Below, piece after piece: positions 11,953 through 20,100 of a stretch of DNA of 24,000 bases. Each line of letters begins with the position of its first letter. Positions within the stretch are counted from its first letter, which is position 1. Source of the DNA: Allorhizobium sonneratiae (lineage in GTDB: Bacteria; Pseudomonadota; Alphaproteobacteria; Rhizobiales; Rhizobiaceae); contig NZ_JAMKOJ010000012.1 of assembly GCF_023700755.1 (NCBI RefSeq), forward strand, positions 99,492 to 123,491, read 5' to 3'. The translations under genes were made by a program, and so were the position numbers. The notes under the pieces were generated by a model. It was not told the origin of the DNA. It did no database searches and saw only the letters and a program-made list of their open reading frames with translations.

Positions 11953-11987
11953 AAAACCCCGCTAGGAGCGGGGCCTTTATCAGTTTT
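11951..11987. terminator. Hairpin terminator at the ORF1 stop; its T-tract is better on the minus strand
   Basis: Stem ccccgc (11957-11962) pairs with gcgggg (11968-11973), loop tagga. On the + strand it is followed by cctttatcagtttt, a weak and interrupted T-tract. On the - strand the same hairpin is followed directly by T6 (complement of A6 at 11951-11956). Confidence 0.6.
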
Positions 11988-12076
11988 CGGCGGGTGCTAA
12001 AGTCCGCATCTCTTGGTCTTTCGACTACTGACCACTCTTGCGAATGGCGCGTGGGGAAGCCGTTCCCACCTCGAAA

Positions 12077-12100
12077 ACATGTCCTAAAGTTAGGACATGT
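12077..12100. repeat. Perfect 11-bp inverted repeat with 2-bp spacer (acatgtcctaa-ag-ttaggacatgt)
   Basis: Read directly from the sequence: arm 12077-12087 is the exact reverse complement of arm 12090-12100. On the - strand the hairpin is followed by tttt(c). The 8-mer ATGTCCTA of the left arm also occurs at 11560-11567, where it starts with the ORF1 ATG. Confidence 0.9.
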
Positions 12101-12181
12101 CTGGGCGTAAGTCAACGTTTCGTTGATTGCGAGGGGGAGAGCATGATTTCGTAAAGTTTGTGAATTTATAGCAACAAAATA

Positions 12182-12209
12182 TTGCAACCTATGATTTTTA
12201 AACTATTGT
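12182..12209 (+). promoter_or_regulatory. Candidate sigma70-like promoter that would give a leaderless ORF2 mRNA
   Basis: TTGCAA (12182-12187), a 16-nt spacer, then TATTGT (12204-12209). The ORF2 ATG at 12216 lies 7 nt downstream and has no SD. This is a weak by-eye match only. Confidence 0.2.
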
Positions 12210-12215
12210 TTTGGT

Positions 12216-12932
12216 ATGAAGAATCGCGATATCCCTGATGAGGATCTGCTTTATTTGGTCGGCATAACTGACAAAGAACGGTTTGATGCGGGAGACGACA
12301 TCAAGGAACGATCGTGGAGTGTGCCTCAAGCTGTTATGGAAAAGCTTGGTTATGGCGTCGGTTATGCGATTGCCGGACACGGAAAACCTGAAATACTTCA
12401 AAGAATTGAAGATGCATTTGCGTCGATTTACCGTAAGCAGGATATTGCGATGGGAGGTCACATTGGCGTTTTCATGTATCGGGATATTTTCGCACGTATC
12501 GGCGTTCCGTATGTGAATGGTGAGAAAGCCGTTAACCCTTTTGAGTGGGTCGAGCTTACTCCGGTTCAGCTTATGATTATTAAAACGGAACAAGAGGAAG
12601 TTCAGACTTTTTTTGATCAGTTTTTAGACATAGCCGACGTTCAATACGGGACGGAGGAATTAAAGGAGCCGTTTGTCAACAACGAGCTTGTTGTTCGTTT
12701 TATTGGTCTTTCGCGGCTACATCTGCATTCTGCATCTGCTGTTTTAACAGGTGGCTACGATTATCGAGGGGCCGTACAGAGTTCTCTTCTTGCCACCGAA
12801 TTGGTGCTAAAGTCCGGCGCTGCGGCGCTAGGCTTAAACGAAGCTCAAATTAAAGCGCAATTCAGTCACAACAATACTAAAATTGCTGATTATGTTTGGG
12901 AGAGATGGAAAACGTTCGACGGTGCCCGGTAA
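12216..12932 (+). CDS. Hypothetical protein: N-terminal domain of unknown function plus C-terminal HEPN-like helical domain (apparently truncated)
   Basis: 238-aa ORF in low-GC DNA with no Cys. The C-terminal third reads like helices 1-3 of a classical HEPN bundle: LSRLHLHSASAVLTGGYDYRGAVQSSLLATELVLKSGAAALGL....FSHNNTKIADYV. Compare the pattern A..ll..g.y..av...y.A.E.alKa.l...g.....tH.l..L. The ORF stops (TAA 12930-12932) before the expected fourth helix. Confidence 0.65.
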   Translation: MKNRDIPDEDLLYLVGITDKERFDAGDDIKERSWSVPQAVMEKLGYGVGYAIAGHGKPEILQRIEDAFASIYRKQDIAMGGHIGVFMYRDIFARIGVPYVNGEKAVNPFEWVELTPVQLMIIKTEQEEVQTFFDQFLDIADVQYGTEELKEPFVNNELVVRFIGLSRLHLHSASAVLTGGYDYRGAVQSSLLATELVLKSGAAALGLNEAQIKAQFSHNNTKIADYVWERWKTFDGAR

Positions 12933-13120
12933 AGCGAGTCATTGAGACACAGCCTTCCTACACGCGCAACAGATACTCGGCCACACAACCCAATCGAAGA
13001 GATGTCGGTCATCTTGTTATGGGCGCTCAATACATTGTGTCGGAGGTTGTTAGGCAGATGTCAGACCGAAATTTCAGAAATGATACTCAGCCGTCTATGC
13101 CGCGACGCTATCCTGCGTAA
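12896..13120 (+). pseudogene. -1-frame continuation of the HEPN-like gene (frameshifted 3' segment)
   Basis: The frame-2 ORF overlaps the end of ORF2. It encodes PVKRVIETQPSYTRNRYSATQPNRRDVGHLVMGAQYIVSEVVRQM, which fits the '...Y..RY...' segment plus the last amphipathic helix of HEPN domains. It is Cys-free like ORF2 beyond the possible junction window 12890-12930 (one Cys codon at 12923-12925 falls inside that window). It ends at TAA 13118-13120, 22 nt before the terminator. This frame has a stop at 12887-12889, so any junction must lie in 12890-12930. Confidence 0.5.
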
Positions 13121-13142
13121 CTAAGCATTTAAGCACCAAAAC

Positions 13143-13170
13143 AAAAAAGCCCGGCAGAACCGGGCTCTTT
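13143..13170. terminator. Bidirectional terminator (strong for trxA on the - strand; also closes the islet on the + strand)
   Basis: Stem gcccgg (13149-13154) pairs with ccgggc (13160-13165), loop cagaa. The A6 run at 13143-13148 gives a T6 run after the hairpin on the - strand. On the + strand the hairpin is followed by tcttt. Confidence 0.8.
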
Positions 13171-13194
13171 GCAATCAACCTTTTGCCGCTCCAC

Positions 13195-13515
13195 TCACGC
13201 AGCGCCGGAAATCCAGCTTGTCAGCGCCGTCTTCGGGGCGGCACCGACCTTGATATCGGCAACTTCACCGCCCTTGAACATGGCCAGTGTCGGGATGGAG
13301 CGCACGCCGAATTTGGCGGCGAGTTCCGGGTTTTCGTCAATGTTGAGCTTGGCGATCTTGACCTTGCCGTTCATTTCATTGGCGATTTCGTCGAGGGCGG
13401 GGGCGATCATCTTGCACGGGCCGCACCATTCCGCCCAGAAATCCACGACGACAGGCTGGGAGGACTGGAGAACTTCTGCCTCGAAATTGGACGTATCGAC
13501 TTTTACGGTAGCCAT
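13195..13515 (-). CDS. trxA: Thioredoxin
   Basis: Begins MATVKV, has the active site WAEWCGPCK, and is 106 aa. ATG at 13513-13515 is preceded by AAGGAG with a 6-nt spacing. The ORF-track start at 13548 is an upstream extension. Confidence 0.95.
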   Translation of the reverse strand: MATVKVDTSNFEAEVLQSSQPVVVDFWAEWCGPCKMIAPALDEIANEMNGKVKIAKLNIDENPELAAKFGVRSIPTLAMFKGGEVADIKVGAAPKTALTSWISGAA

Positions 13516-13573
13516 AGGCTGCTCCTTGGAGGAAAGTGTCTGTGACACATATATGATGGTTATGGATCAGATT

Positions 13574-16500
13574 TCAATCATCTGTTTGCCGAGTAGCCTG
13601 GTGTGAAGGCTGAAGTGATGTGAGCGCATGGCTGAGCGCTGTTTCATCCAGCGCAATCACATGCGGGCCTTCGGTGTAGATCAGCAGGCAATCGATCGTC
13701 TTTCCCGGATAAAGCGGTTTCAGCACCTCGCGATAGATGGCAAGCTGGGCCACATGGGCAGGCGGCACATCGGCGCTTCGGGCAGGCGGTTTGCGGTTGG
13801 TCTTGTAATCGGCCAGAAGCACCCGGCTTCCCGTTACGGCCAGCCGGTCGATCCTGCCGGAGACGGCGCGCTCTTCGCGGCCCAGCCGGATCGTGCCCAT
13901 CACCGTCACTTCCGCCTCGGATTGGGGGCTGAACAGCGCCGTCAGCGCCGGATCGTTCAAAAGCCGCATCACCCCGTCAACCATGTTCTCGCGCTCGGCC
14001 TCTGGCCAAAGCCGTGCTGCGCGTTCGCTGTAGCGGCGCGCGGCGGCCTCGCGCTCACCGTCTTCCAGAGCGGGCAGCATTTGCAGCATCCGGTGAATGA
14101 GGCGGCCCTTTTGCAGGGCAAGACCCGCATCCTCGCCGGGGCTGAACAGCGGCGAGGTCAGCATCAGGTCGCCTTCCGCCTCATCCACCGCAAGCCCGTT
14201 GCCGGACGGGCTCAAAGGTCGGGGTAAGCGCGGTGGCGGCGGTGGCGGCGTGAGCAGGGCCGCAGGCAGCGTGTCGTCGGGCGCCCGTTCCGGCGTTTGC
14301 TCGGCCTCCGTCACGGCAAAGCTTTTCGCCTCGGTTTCCCAGACCAGCCCCTCCCAGCGTTCCGGTCCTGCGGCAAAGCTTTCGGCCCGGCAGTGGCTTA
14401 TATCAGCCTCCAGGGCCGTGAAAATCATCTTGTGCCAGGTGTCGCCCTGATCCAGCTTGCCGCGATAGCCGCAGACGATCAGCCGGTCGGCGGCCCGGGT
14501 CATGCCGACATAGAGCAGGCGGCGATATTCTTCTTCGGTCGCCGCCTTGCGCCGTGCAAGATCCTCAGCCGTCACCGCGCAATCCACCGCCTTGGTCGGC
14601 ACCCAGATCGGGCATTCCGCTGCGCCTGCCTCGGCAGGCAGCATGCGGAATTTCGCCAGATGCGTATGGTTAAAGGCTTTCGAGCCGTCATCGACCAGAA
14701 ACACCACCGGCGCTTCCAGCCCCTTGGAGGCGTGCACGGTCATGATCCTGACTTCGCTTGCTTCCTGATCCTGCTCGCGCTTGACCTCCGGCGAGTCCTG
14801 CTCCAGCGTGGTGATGAAGGATTGGAGGCCCGGCAGGCCTGCCTGTTCATGGGCAAGCGCAAAACTCAAAAATTCATCGAGAATATCGCTGACTTCGCTG
14901 CCAAGCCGGGCGAGATAGGCCCGCCGTCCGCCAAAGGGGCCGAGCACGCGGGCATAAAAATCATGCGGCGGCAGGGTTTCCGACAGTGCGCGATAGGTCT
15001 GAAGCCGGGTAAGGACTGTCTTCCACGGTTCATCGCCCGCCTCTGCCCGCTTTTGCAATTCGGCAAAGACGGTGTGCTCGCCACGCTCTGCGGCAAGGGT
15101 GAAAATATCCTCTTCCGTCAGGTTGAAGAGCGGGCTTTTCATCAGCGCCGCCAGCGACAGATCATCGGCGGAAAGCAGGACGAAACGGCCGAGTGCCATC
15201 AGATCCTGCACGGCGATATGGCCGGTCAGCCGCAAACGGTCGGCCCCGGCCACGGGTATGGTGCCGCGTCGTTTCAAGGCGCGCGTCAGCGCCGTGACAA
15301 AGCCGCCGCGCTTGCGCACCAGCACCAGAATGTCGCCTGCTTCCACGCGCCGGGCTACACCCTTTTCAATAATTGTGTCGCGGCCAATCATCGCCTCGAT
15401 GGTCAGCGCAATGCGCCGGGCGAGCAGGGCCGGCGGTGCATTTTCCGGCGTGGCGTCGAACGGGGCGGTCCAGTCGGCGTCGTTTTCGCTGGTTTCGGCG
15501 GCGATCATCTCCCATACCTCGACCCGGCCCGGATGCTGGCTGCGGCTTGAGACATGCACCACCGGCTCGTTGACGGCAGAGAGACCCCGGGCATTGTCCG
15601 GCACCGAAAACACCTGATCGACGGCAGAGAGAACCGCCGAAGTCGAGCGGAAGGAGAGCGGCAGGCGGATGGCGGAAAATGCCGCCTGTCCGCCCGTCAC
15701 TTCGCGTTCGGTTGCCCGCGCCTCCTCGGAAAAGCGCTCGGGCCGCGCGCCCTGAAACGAATAGATCGACTGTTTTTCATCGCCCACGGCAAAGAAGCTG
15801 CGCTGAACGCCGGGTCTGGCGCCCTGGCCGGAGAAAAAATCATCGCGCAGCGCCCGGATGACCGCCCATTGCACGGGGCTGGTGTCCTGCGCTTCATCGA
15901 CGAGAATGTGGTCGATGCCCTGATCGAGCTTGTAATGGACCCAGGGGCCGACATCGCCGCGGGTGAGAAGCTCGGCAGCGCGGGCAATCAGATCCTCGAA
16001 ATCGAGCTTGCTGGAGCGTTTTTTCAGGTCTTCATAATCGCCATTCAGCCGTTCGGCCAGCGTCACAGCCGCCTGCGTCGCCTTGTAAAGCCGGAAGACT
16101 TTCAATCGGGCCTGACAGGCCACCACATGATCGCGCCCCTCTACAACAGCCTCGGCCAGATGCGGCGCGGCCTTGGTCATGGCAGACGCAATCAGCGTCG
16201 AATCGGCCTTGGGCTTGCCAGCACTGGTGAAAAACGCCTCTTCCAGCAGGCGCACACGGCGGAAGGCATCGTGTTCACGCACGGCCTGTTCCAGCAGGCT
16301 GGCAATGGCCTGAACTTTCACGCCCCCCTTGCTGAAGGCAAGATCAATGTAGCTGGAAAGCACCGGTCCGTTGAAACCGGGAAGGGGCCAGAAGGCCTCG
16401 GCAAGGCCGGTCTCGGTGTCATGGCCGGAGAGGCCGAAGCGTTGCCGCAGGAACCGGTCGATGCTGCCTGATGTGCCGGTTCTTGCGAGAAACTGCCGCA

Positions 16501-17143
16501 CGGCGTGGCGGTTGGACACAATATCGGCGAGCAGGTTTTCCAGCCCGAATTCATCGCCAATGCTCAAGACTTCGGCAAAGGCCTCGGCCAGAGCGGCATC
16601 GTCTTCCGTTGCGGTGGCCGTCAGGAGCAGACGCCGCGCCTCGGCCAAAAGCACGGAGGCGGCGCTGTCATCGAGCACGGAAAAATGCCCGGCTACATTG
16701 GCCTCCAATGGAAACTGATGCAGCAGCGCCTCGCAAAAAGCGTGAATGGTCTGGATTTTCAGCCCGCCCGGCGTTTCCAGCGCCCGGGCAAACAGCCGTC
16801 GCGCCTCGGCAATCTTGATCCGGTTCGGCGGCTTTCGCTCGATCTCCTGGATGCGGGCGGCAAGGGCGTCATCCGTCAGGGTGGCCCATTCCGCCAGCCG
16901 GCTGAAGACGCGGTTTGACATTTCCGAGGCCGCCGCCTTGGTATAGGTCAGGCAGAGAATGGAAGAGGGGCGGGCACCTGCCAGCAGCAGGCGGATGACG
17001 CGCTGCGTCAGCACATGGGTCTTGCCCGATCCGGCATTGGCCGAAACCCAGGCCGAGCGGGCGGGATCGGAAGCCAGCGCCTGCTGGCGCGTCGTCCAGT
17101 CGATGGGGTTTTCGCCTTCTGGCAGAAAAGCGGTCTCACGCAT
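13574..17143 (-). CDS. addA: Double-strand break repair helicase-nuclease AddA (UvrD/Rep-type helicase plus RecB-type nuclease)
   Basis: Walker A ANAGSGKTHVL, helicase motifs (VDEAQDTSP, TVHASKGLE, YVGMTRA), and a C-terminal nuclease motif GRIDRL...LLADYKT. The start is ambiguous: in-frame ATGs begin at 17164, 17152 and 17143. The last has GGAGG 9 nt upstream and overlaps the addB stop. Confidence 0.92.
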   Translation of the reverse strand: MRETAFLPEGENPIDWTTRQQALASDPARSAWVSANAGSGKTHVLTQRVIRLLLAGARPSSILCLTYTKAAASEMSNRVFSRLAEWATLTDDALAARIQEIERKPPNRIKIAEARRLFARALETPGGLKIQTIHAFCEALLHQFPLEANVAGHFSVLDDSAASVLLAEARRLLLTATATEDDAALAEAFAEVLSIGDEFGLENLLADIVSNRHAVRQFLARTGTSGSIDRFLRQRFGLSGHDTETGLAEAFWPLPGFNGPVLSSYIDLAFSKGGVKVQAIASLLEQAVREHDAFRRVRLLEEAFFTSAGKPKADSTLIASAMTKAAPHLAEAVVEGRDHVVACQARLKVFRLYKATQAAVTLAERLNGDYEDLKKRSSKLDFEDLIARAAELLTRGDVGPWVHYKLDQGIDHILVDEAQDTSPVQWAVIRALRDDFFSGQGARPGVQRSFFAVGDEKQSIYSFQGARPERFSEEARATEREVTGGQAAFSAIRLPLSFRSTSAVLSAVDQVFSVPDNARGLSAVNEPVVHVSSRSQHPGRVEVWEMIAAETSENDADWTAPFDATPENAPPALLARRIALTIEAMIGRDTIIEKGVARRVEAGDILVLVRKRGGFVTALTRALKRRGTIPVAGADRLRLTGHIAVQDLMALGRFVLLSADDLSLAALMKSPLFNLTEEDIFTLAAERGEHTVFAELQKRAEAGDEPWKTVLTRLQTYRALSETLPPHDFYARVLGPFGGRRAYLARLGSEVSDILDEFLSFALAHEQAGLPGLQSFITTLEQDSPEVKREQDQEASEVRIMTVHASKGLEAPVVFLVDDGSKAFNHTHLAKFRMLPAEAGAAECPIWVPTKAVDCAVTAEDLARRKAATEEEYRRLLYVGMTRAADRLIVCGYRGKLDQGDTWHKMIFTALEADISHCRAESFAAGPERWEGLVWETEAKSFAVTEAEQTPERAPDDTLPAALLTPPPPPPRLPRPLSPSGNGLAVDEAEGDLMLTSPLFSPGEDAGLALQKGRLIHRMLQMLPALEDGEREAAARRYSERAARLWPEAERENMVDGVMRLLNDPALTALFSPQSEAEVTVMGTIRLGREERAVSGRIDRLAVTGSRVLLADYKTNRKPPARSADVPPAHVAQLAIYREVLKPLYPGKTIDCLLIYTEGPHVIALDETALSHALTSLQPSHQATRQTDD

Positions 17144-20100
17144 CCTCGCCATCCTCCGCAGCATCGGCCGTCGACCACTCCGCCACCCGGGCAAGATGGT
17201 CGTAATCGCCGCCATAATCATTCTGTTTGGCCGGCATCAGCCGGGAGACAAAGCCGCGTTTGCCCGTCTGCAAAAGGGTGACGAAGCGGCTCAGCTGATC
17301 GACGGCTTCTTCCGCCAGATCGATGGCGGATTTCGCCTTGTCCGCCTTTGCGGTCAGCTCGTTATTGACGGTTTCCGCATCGAAACGGCTGCCGGGGCGC
17401 AGCCGCACATAGATGAGATTGTCGGGAAAGAGCCGTCCGGCATCGCGAAAGCCGCCGCGCATCAGCGCTGCCGCTTCCAGCGCCAGCTGTGGATCGATCA
17501 GGCTGCGGGCGACATTTTTGCTGGGGTTCGACCCGGTCTTGTAATCGATGATATCGGCATGACCGGCGCGAATGTCGAGCCGGTCGGCAATGCCGGTCAG
17601 CCGGATGCCGATATTGTCCAGCTCGACACCGGCTCTGGCCTCGGTGATGATTTTGGCCGGATCGCGCCCCCGCTGCCAGGCAATCAGCTCGCGCCCGACA
17701 TCGCGGAAACGCCTGCGCCAGACCACATCGATATGCGTCGGCAGGCCCTCCTCGTCAAAGGCGGTATTGGCGATCTCCTGCATCAGCCTTTCGGCCTCCG
17801 GTCCCATTTGATCAGGGCATGCAGAGATGAAGCGCTCGACAATTCTGTGGTAAAGCGTGCCGCGTTCGGCCGCACCCGGATCGGTGTTGAAGGGATGAAC
17901 CGGATCGAGCTTGAGAATACGCCGCGCATAGATGGCATAAGGGTCGCGGCGCAGCACCGAGACCTCGCTGAAGGAATAGGATTTCGGCTGAAGAGTGACA
18001 GGCGGCTTCGGTTCCGGTCGTTCTGCCGGGGGCTCGGAAGGGGCCTGATCGAGCAGCCCGGCCCAATGGCGATAGCAGGCGCCGCGTTCTTTCAGCTGAT
18101 CGGCAAAACCCTTGCCGCCAAGTGCCAGCAGGCGCTGGAGAAAGCGTGAGGTGACGGTCGGGGCCGATCCCTGGCGCAGCGCCCGCGAATAGATCAGCCT
18201 GCGGGCGCCATTCGCCATTTCAAAGTCATGGGCAAGCTGGCCGATCTGCCGTTCCGGCGGTTCCAGCCCGAGATCGGTTTTCATGCCGCGCGACAGAAAA
18301 GGATTGTTGGAGGCCGAACCCGGCCAGGAGCCTTCGTTCAAGCCGCCCAGCACCATGGTATCGACGCTTTGCAGGCGTGATTCCATTGCCCCGAAAATGA
18401 AGACGCGCGGATGGCGCAGCGAGCGCGGCTTGACCGACAGGCTGGCGGCAAGGGCGGCGACAATATCGATCCATTGCGGGCCATCGGCATGGATCGTGCC
18501 GTCGGTTTCCATGATTTCGCTGAGGAGCTGGGCAAGACACTGCCCGGCTTCGCCGGCCCAAAGCAGCGAGAGATCGCCGGTTTCACTTTTGGCGATGGCT
18601 TCCAGCACCCGGCCGGTGCGTTCGGCCCAGTCGCGCACGGCAAGTCTGGAGGTGAAGCGCGATCCATCGCCATGGGCAACGACATGGCCCGCCAGCGGCT
18701 CGACCGCTCTGGCAACGGCAACCGTGAGTGCGCGGGCTTTTTCCTTCACCGCATCGGGAATATATTTGCGCCAATGCGGCGGATGCCGGTCTTCTGCCTG
18801 CGCCAGCCATTGCCGCTCGAACAGTGAGGTGAGTTCGGCGATATCGACACTTGCGGTCGAGCCGCGCAACGCCACGGCTTCCAGTGCGTCTGCCGCTTCC
18901 CGCAAGCCCTCTTCCGGCAGGCCGAAGCGCGCCAGCGGATGGTTGAGGAGCGAAACGACCGCCACCGGATCGCCGGGTCTGAGACAGGCCTCCAGCGTCA
19001 GTGTCAGCAACATGCCCTGCGGCGTCGAGGAAAAGGGCGTACCGGCCGAATCGTCGGCCTCGATGCCGAAGCGCGTCAGCTCCGCCGTCACCCGGCGGGC
19101 GAGATTGCGGTCCGGCGTGATCAGGGCCGCCCGGCTTTCGCCGCCATCGGCTTTCGGTTCGGCCAGCGCCATGCGCAGCGCCACCGCAATTGCCAGCGCT
19201 TCTTCCCGTTCATTGGCCGTTTCGATCAACGCGACATCGGCAAAGGCGGCGGCGAAACGGGCATCGCCAAACTCTTCCCGCCACGCGGTCCAGCTGTCGG
19301 TGGCCTTGGCCGGGGCAAGGGCGCGGGAGATGATTTCCGCCCGGTCCTGAAGATCGCTCGGGCCGGTTTCGAGTGCAGCGACATCGTCGCGGTTCAATTG
19401 CAGCTTGCCGAGCAGACGGTGCAGACCATATTGCGGATGGGTGCGCGCCGTGGGTTCGGGCGGCAGACCGGGCGGCTGCTCGCCGCCGACCAGTTGCCAT
19501 TGGTCTTCCGGCAAGGTCTTGTCCAAGCCGGGCAGGACGATGACGCCTTGCGGCAGGCTGGCGACGGTGGCTATCAACTGGGCAGCGGAGGGAATAGCCC
19601 CGGTCGAGCCGGCAACGATCACCGGCCCCGTCTGCGGCAGTTTCATCAGCCGTTCGCGCTCGGCCTGAAGCAAAGCGTTGCGGTGGCGCATTGGCGAGGA
19701 CCGGTTCAGCTCCTCCAGCCGCAGCGGCCAGAACGCGCTGGCAATGCGCAGGAATTCCAGCGTCAATTGCCACCAGGCGGCAAAGTCACGGGCATCGAGC
19801 TGGTCGAGATCGGCCCAGTCGCGCTCTTCCGTTTCCATGGCGTCGATCAGTTCGACCAGGGAACGGGCAAGCCAGACCGCATCTGCCGGGCTTGCCGGGG
19901 CCACCAGCGGCGTATCGGCATGAATGCTGCGGACAATCTCCGGCAGGCGGTTGCGCCAGGCCAGAATGAGTTCGCCCAGTTCCAGAAGCCGGGCGACATT
20001 GCTGATCGGCGGCGCCAGATCGATGAGGGCAGGGCTTTCGGCATCGAAATAGCCGGTGTCTTCCTCGGCTTCTCCGAGTGGCCGGATCACCGGCAGAATA

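Noticed and set aside
12044-12154. A 36-aa plus-strand mini-ORF (MARGEAVPTSKTCPKVRTCLGVSQRFVDCEGESMIS) in the gap. The palindrome encodes its TCPKVRTC segment.
   Set aside because: There is no SD and it is below any confident size. The C-x5-C is a by-product of translating a DNA palindrome. It cannot be supported without ribosome profiling or conservation data.
11882-12187. A 101-aa minus-strand ORF spanning the islet gap, and a 131-aa minus-strand ORF at 12198-12593 antisense to ORF2.
   Set aside because: The first runs straight through the hairpin and T6 terminator at 11951-11973 and overlaps the ORF1 3' end. The second is Asn/Arg/Ile/Lys-rich and low-complexity, opposite a much more protein-like frame. 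Any minus-strand product in the gap is more likely non-coding.
12933-13124. Frame 0 is also open downstream of the ORF2 TAA stop (SESLRHSLPTRATDTRPHNPIEEMSVILLWALNTLCRRLLGRCQTEISEMILSRLCRDAILRN), suggesting stop-codon read-through or a nonsense mutation instead of a frameshift.
   Set aside because: This frame is Cys/Arg/Leu-rich, with 4 Cys in ~60 aa against 0 in the 238-aa ORF2, and it does not fit the HEPN pattern. The -1 frame does fit the pattern and matches the ORF2 composition. Read-through is not excluded, only judged less likely.
11521-13142. Searched for direct repeats (att-like), terminal inverted repeats, tRNA fragments, and integrase or transposase remnants at the islet borders.
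   Set aside because: Only a weak similarity was found (gcttttaaa at the left end versus gcatttaag at the right end, 7 of 9). I see no tRNA-like sequence or recombinase ORF. The insertion mechanism cannot be inferred from this window.
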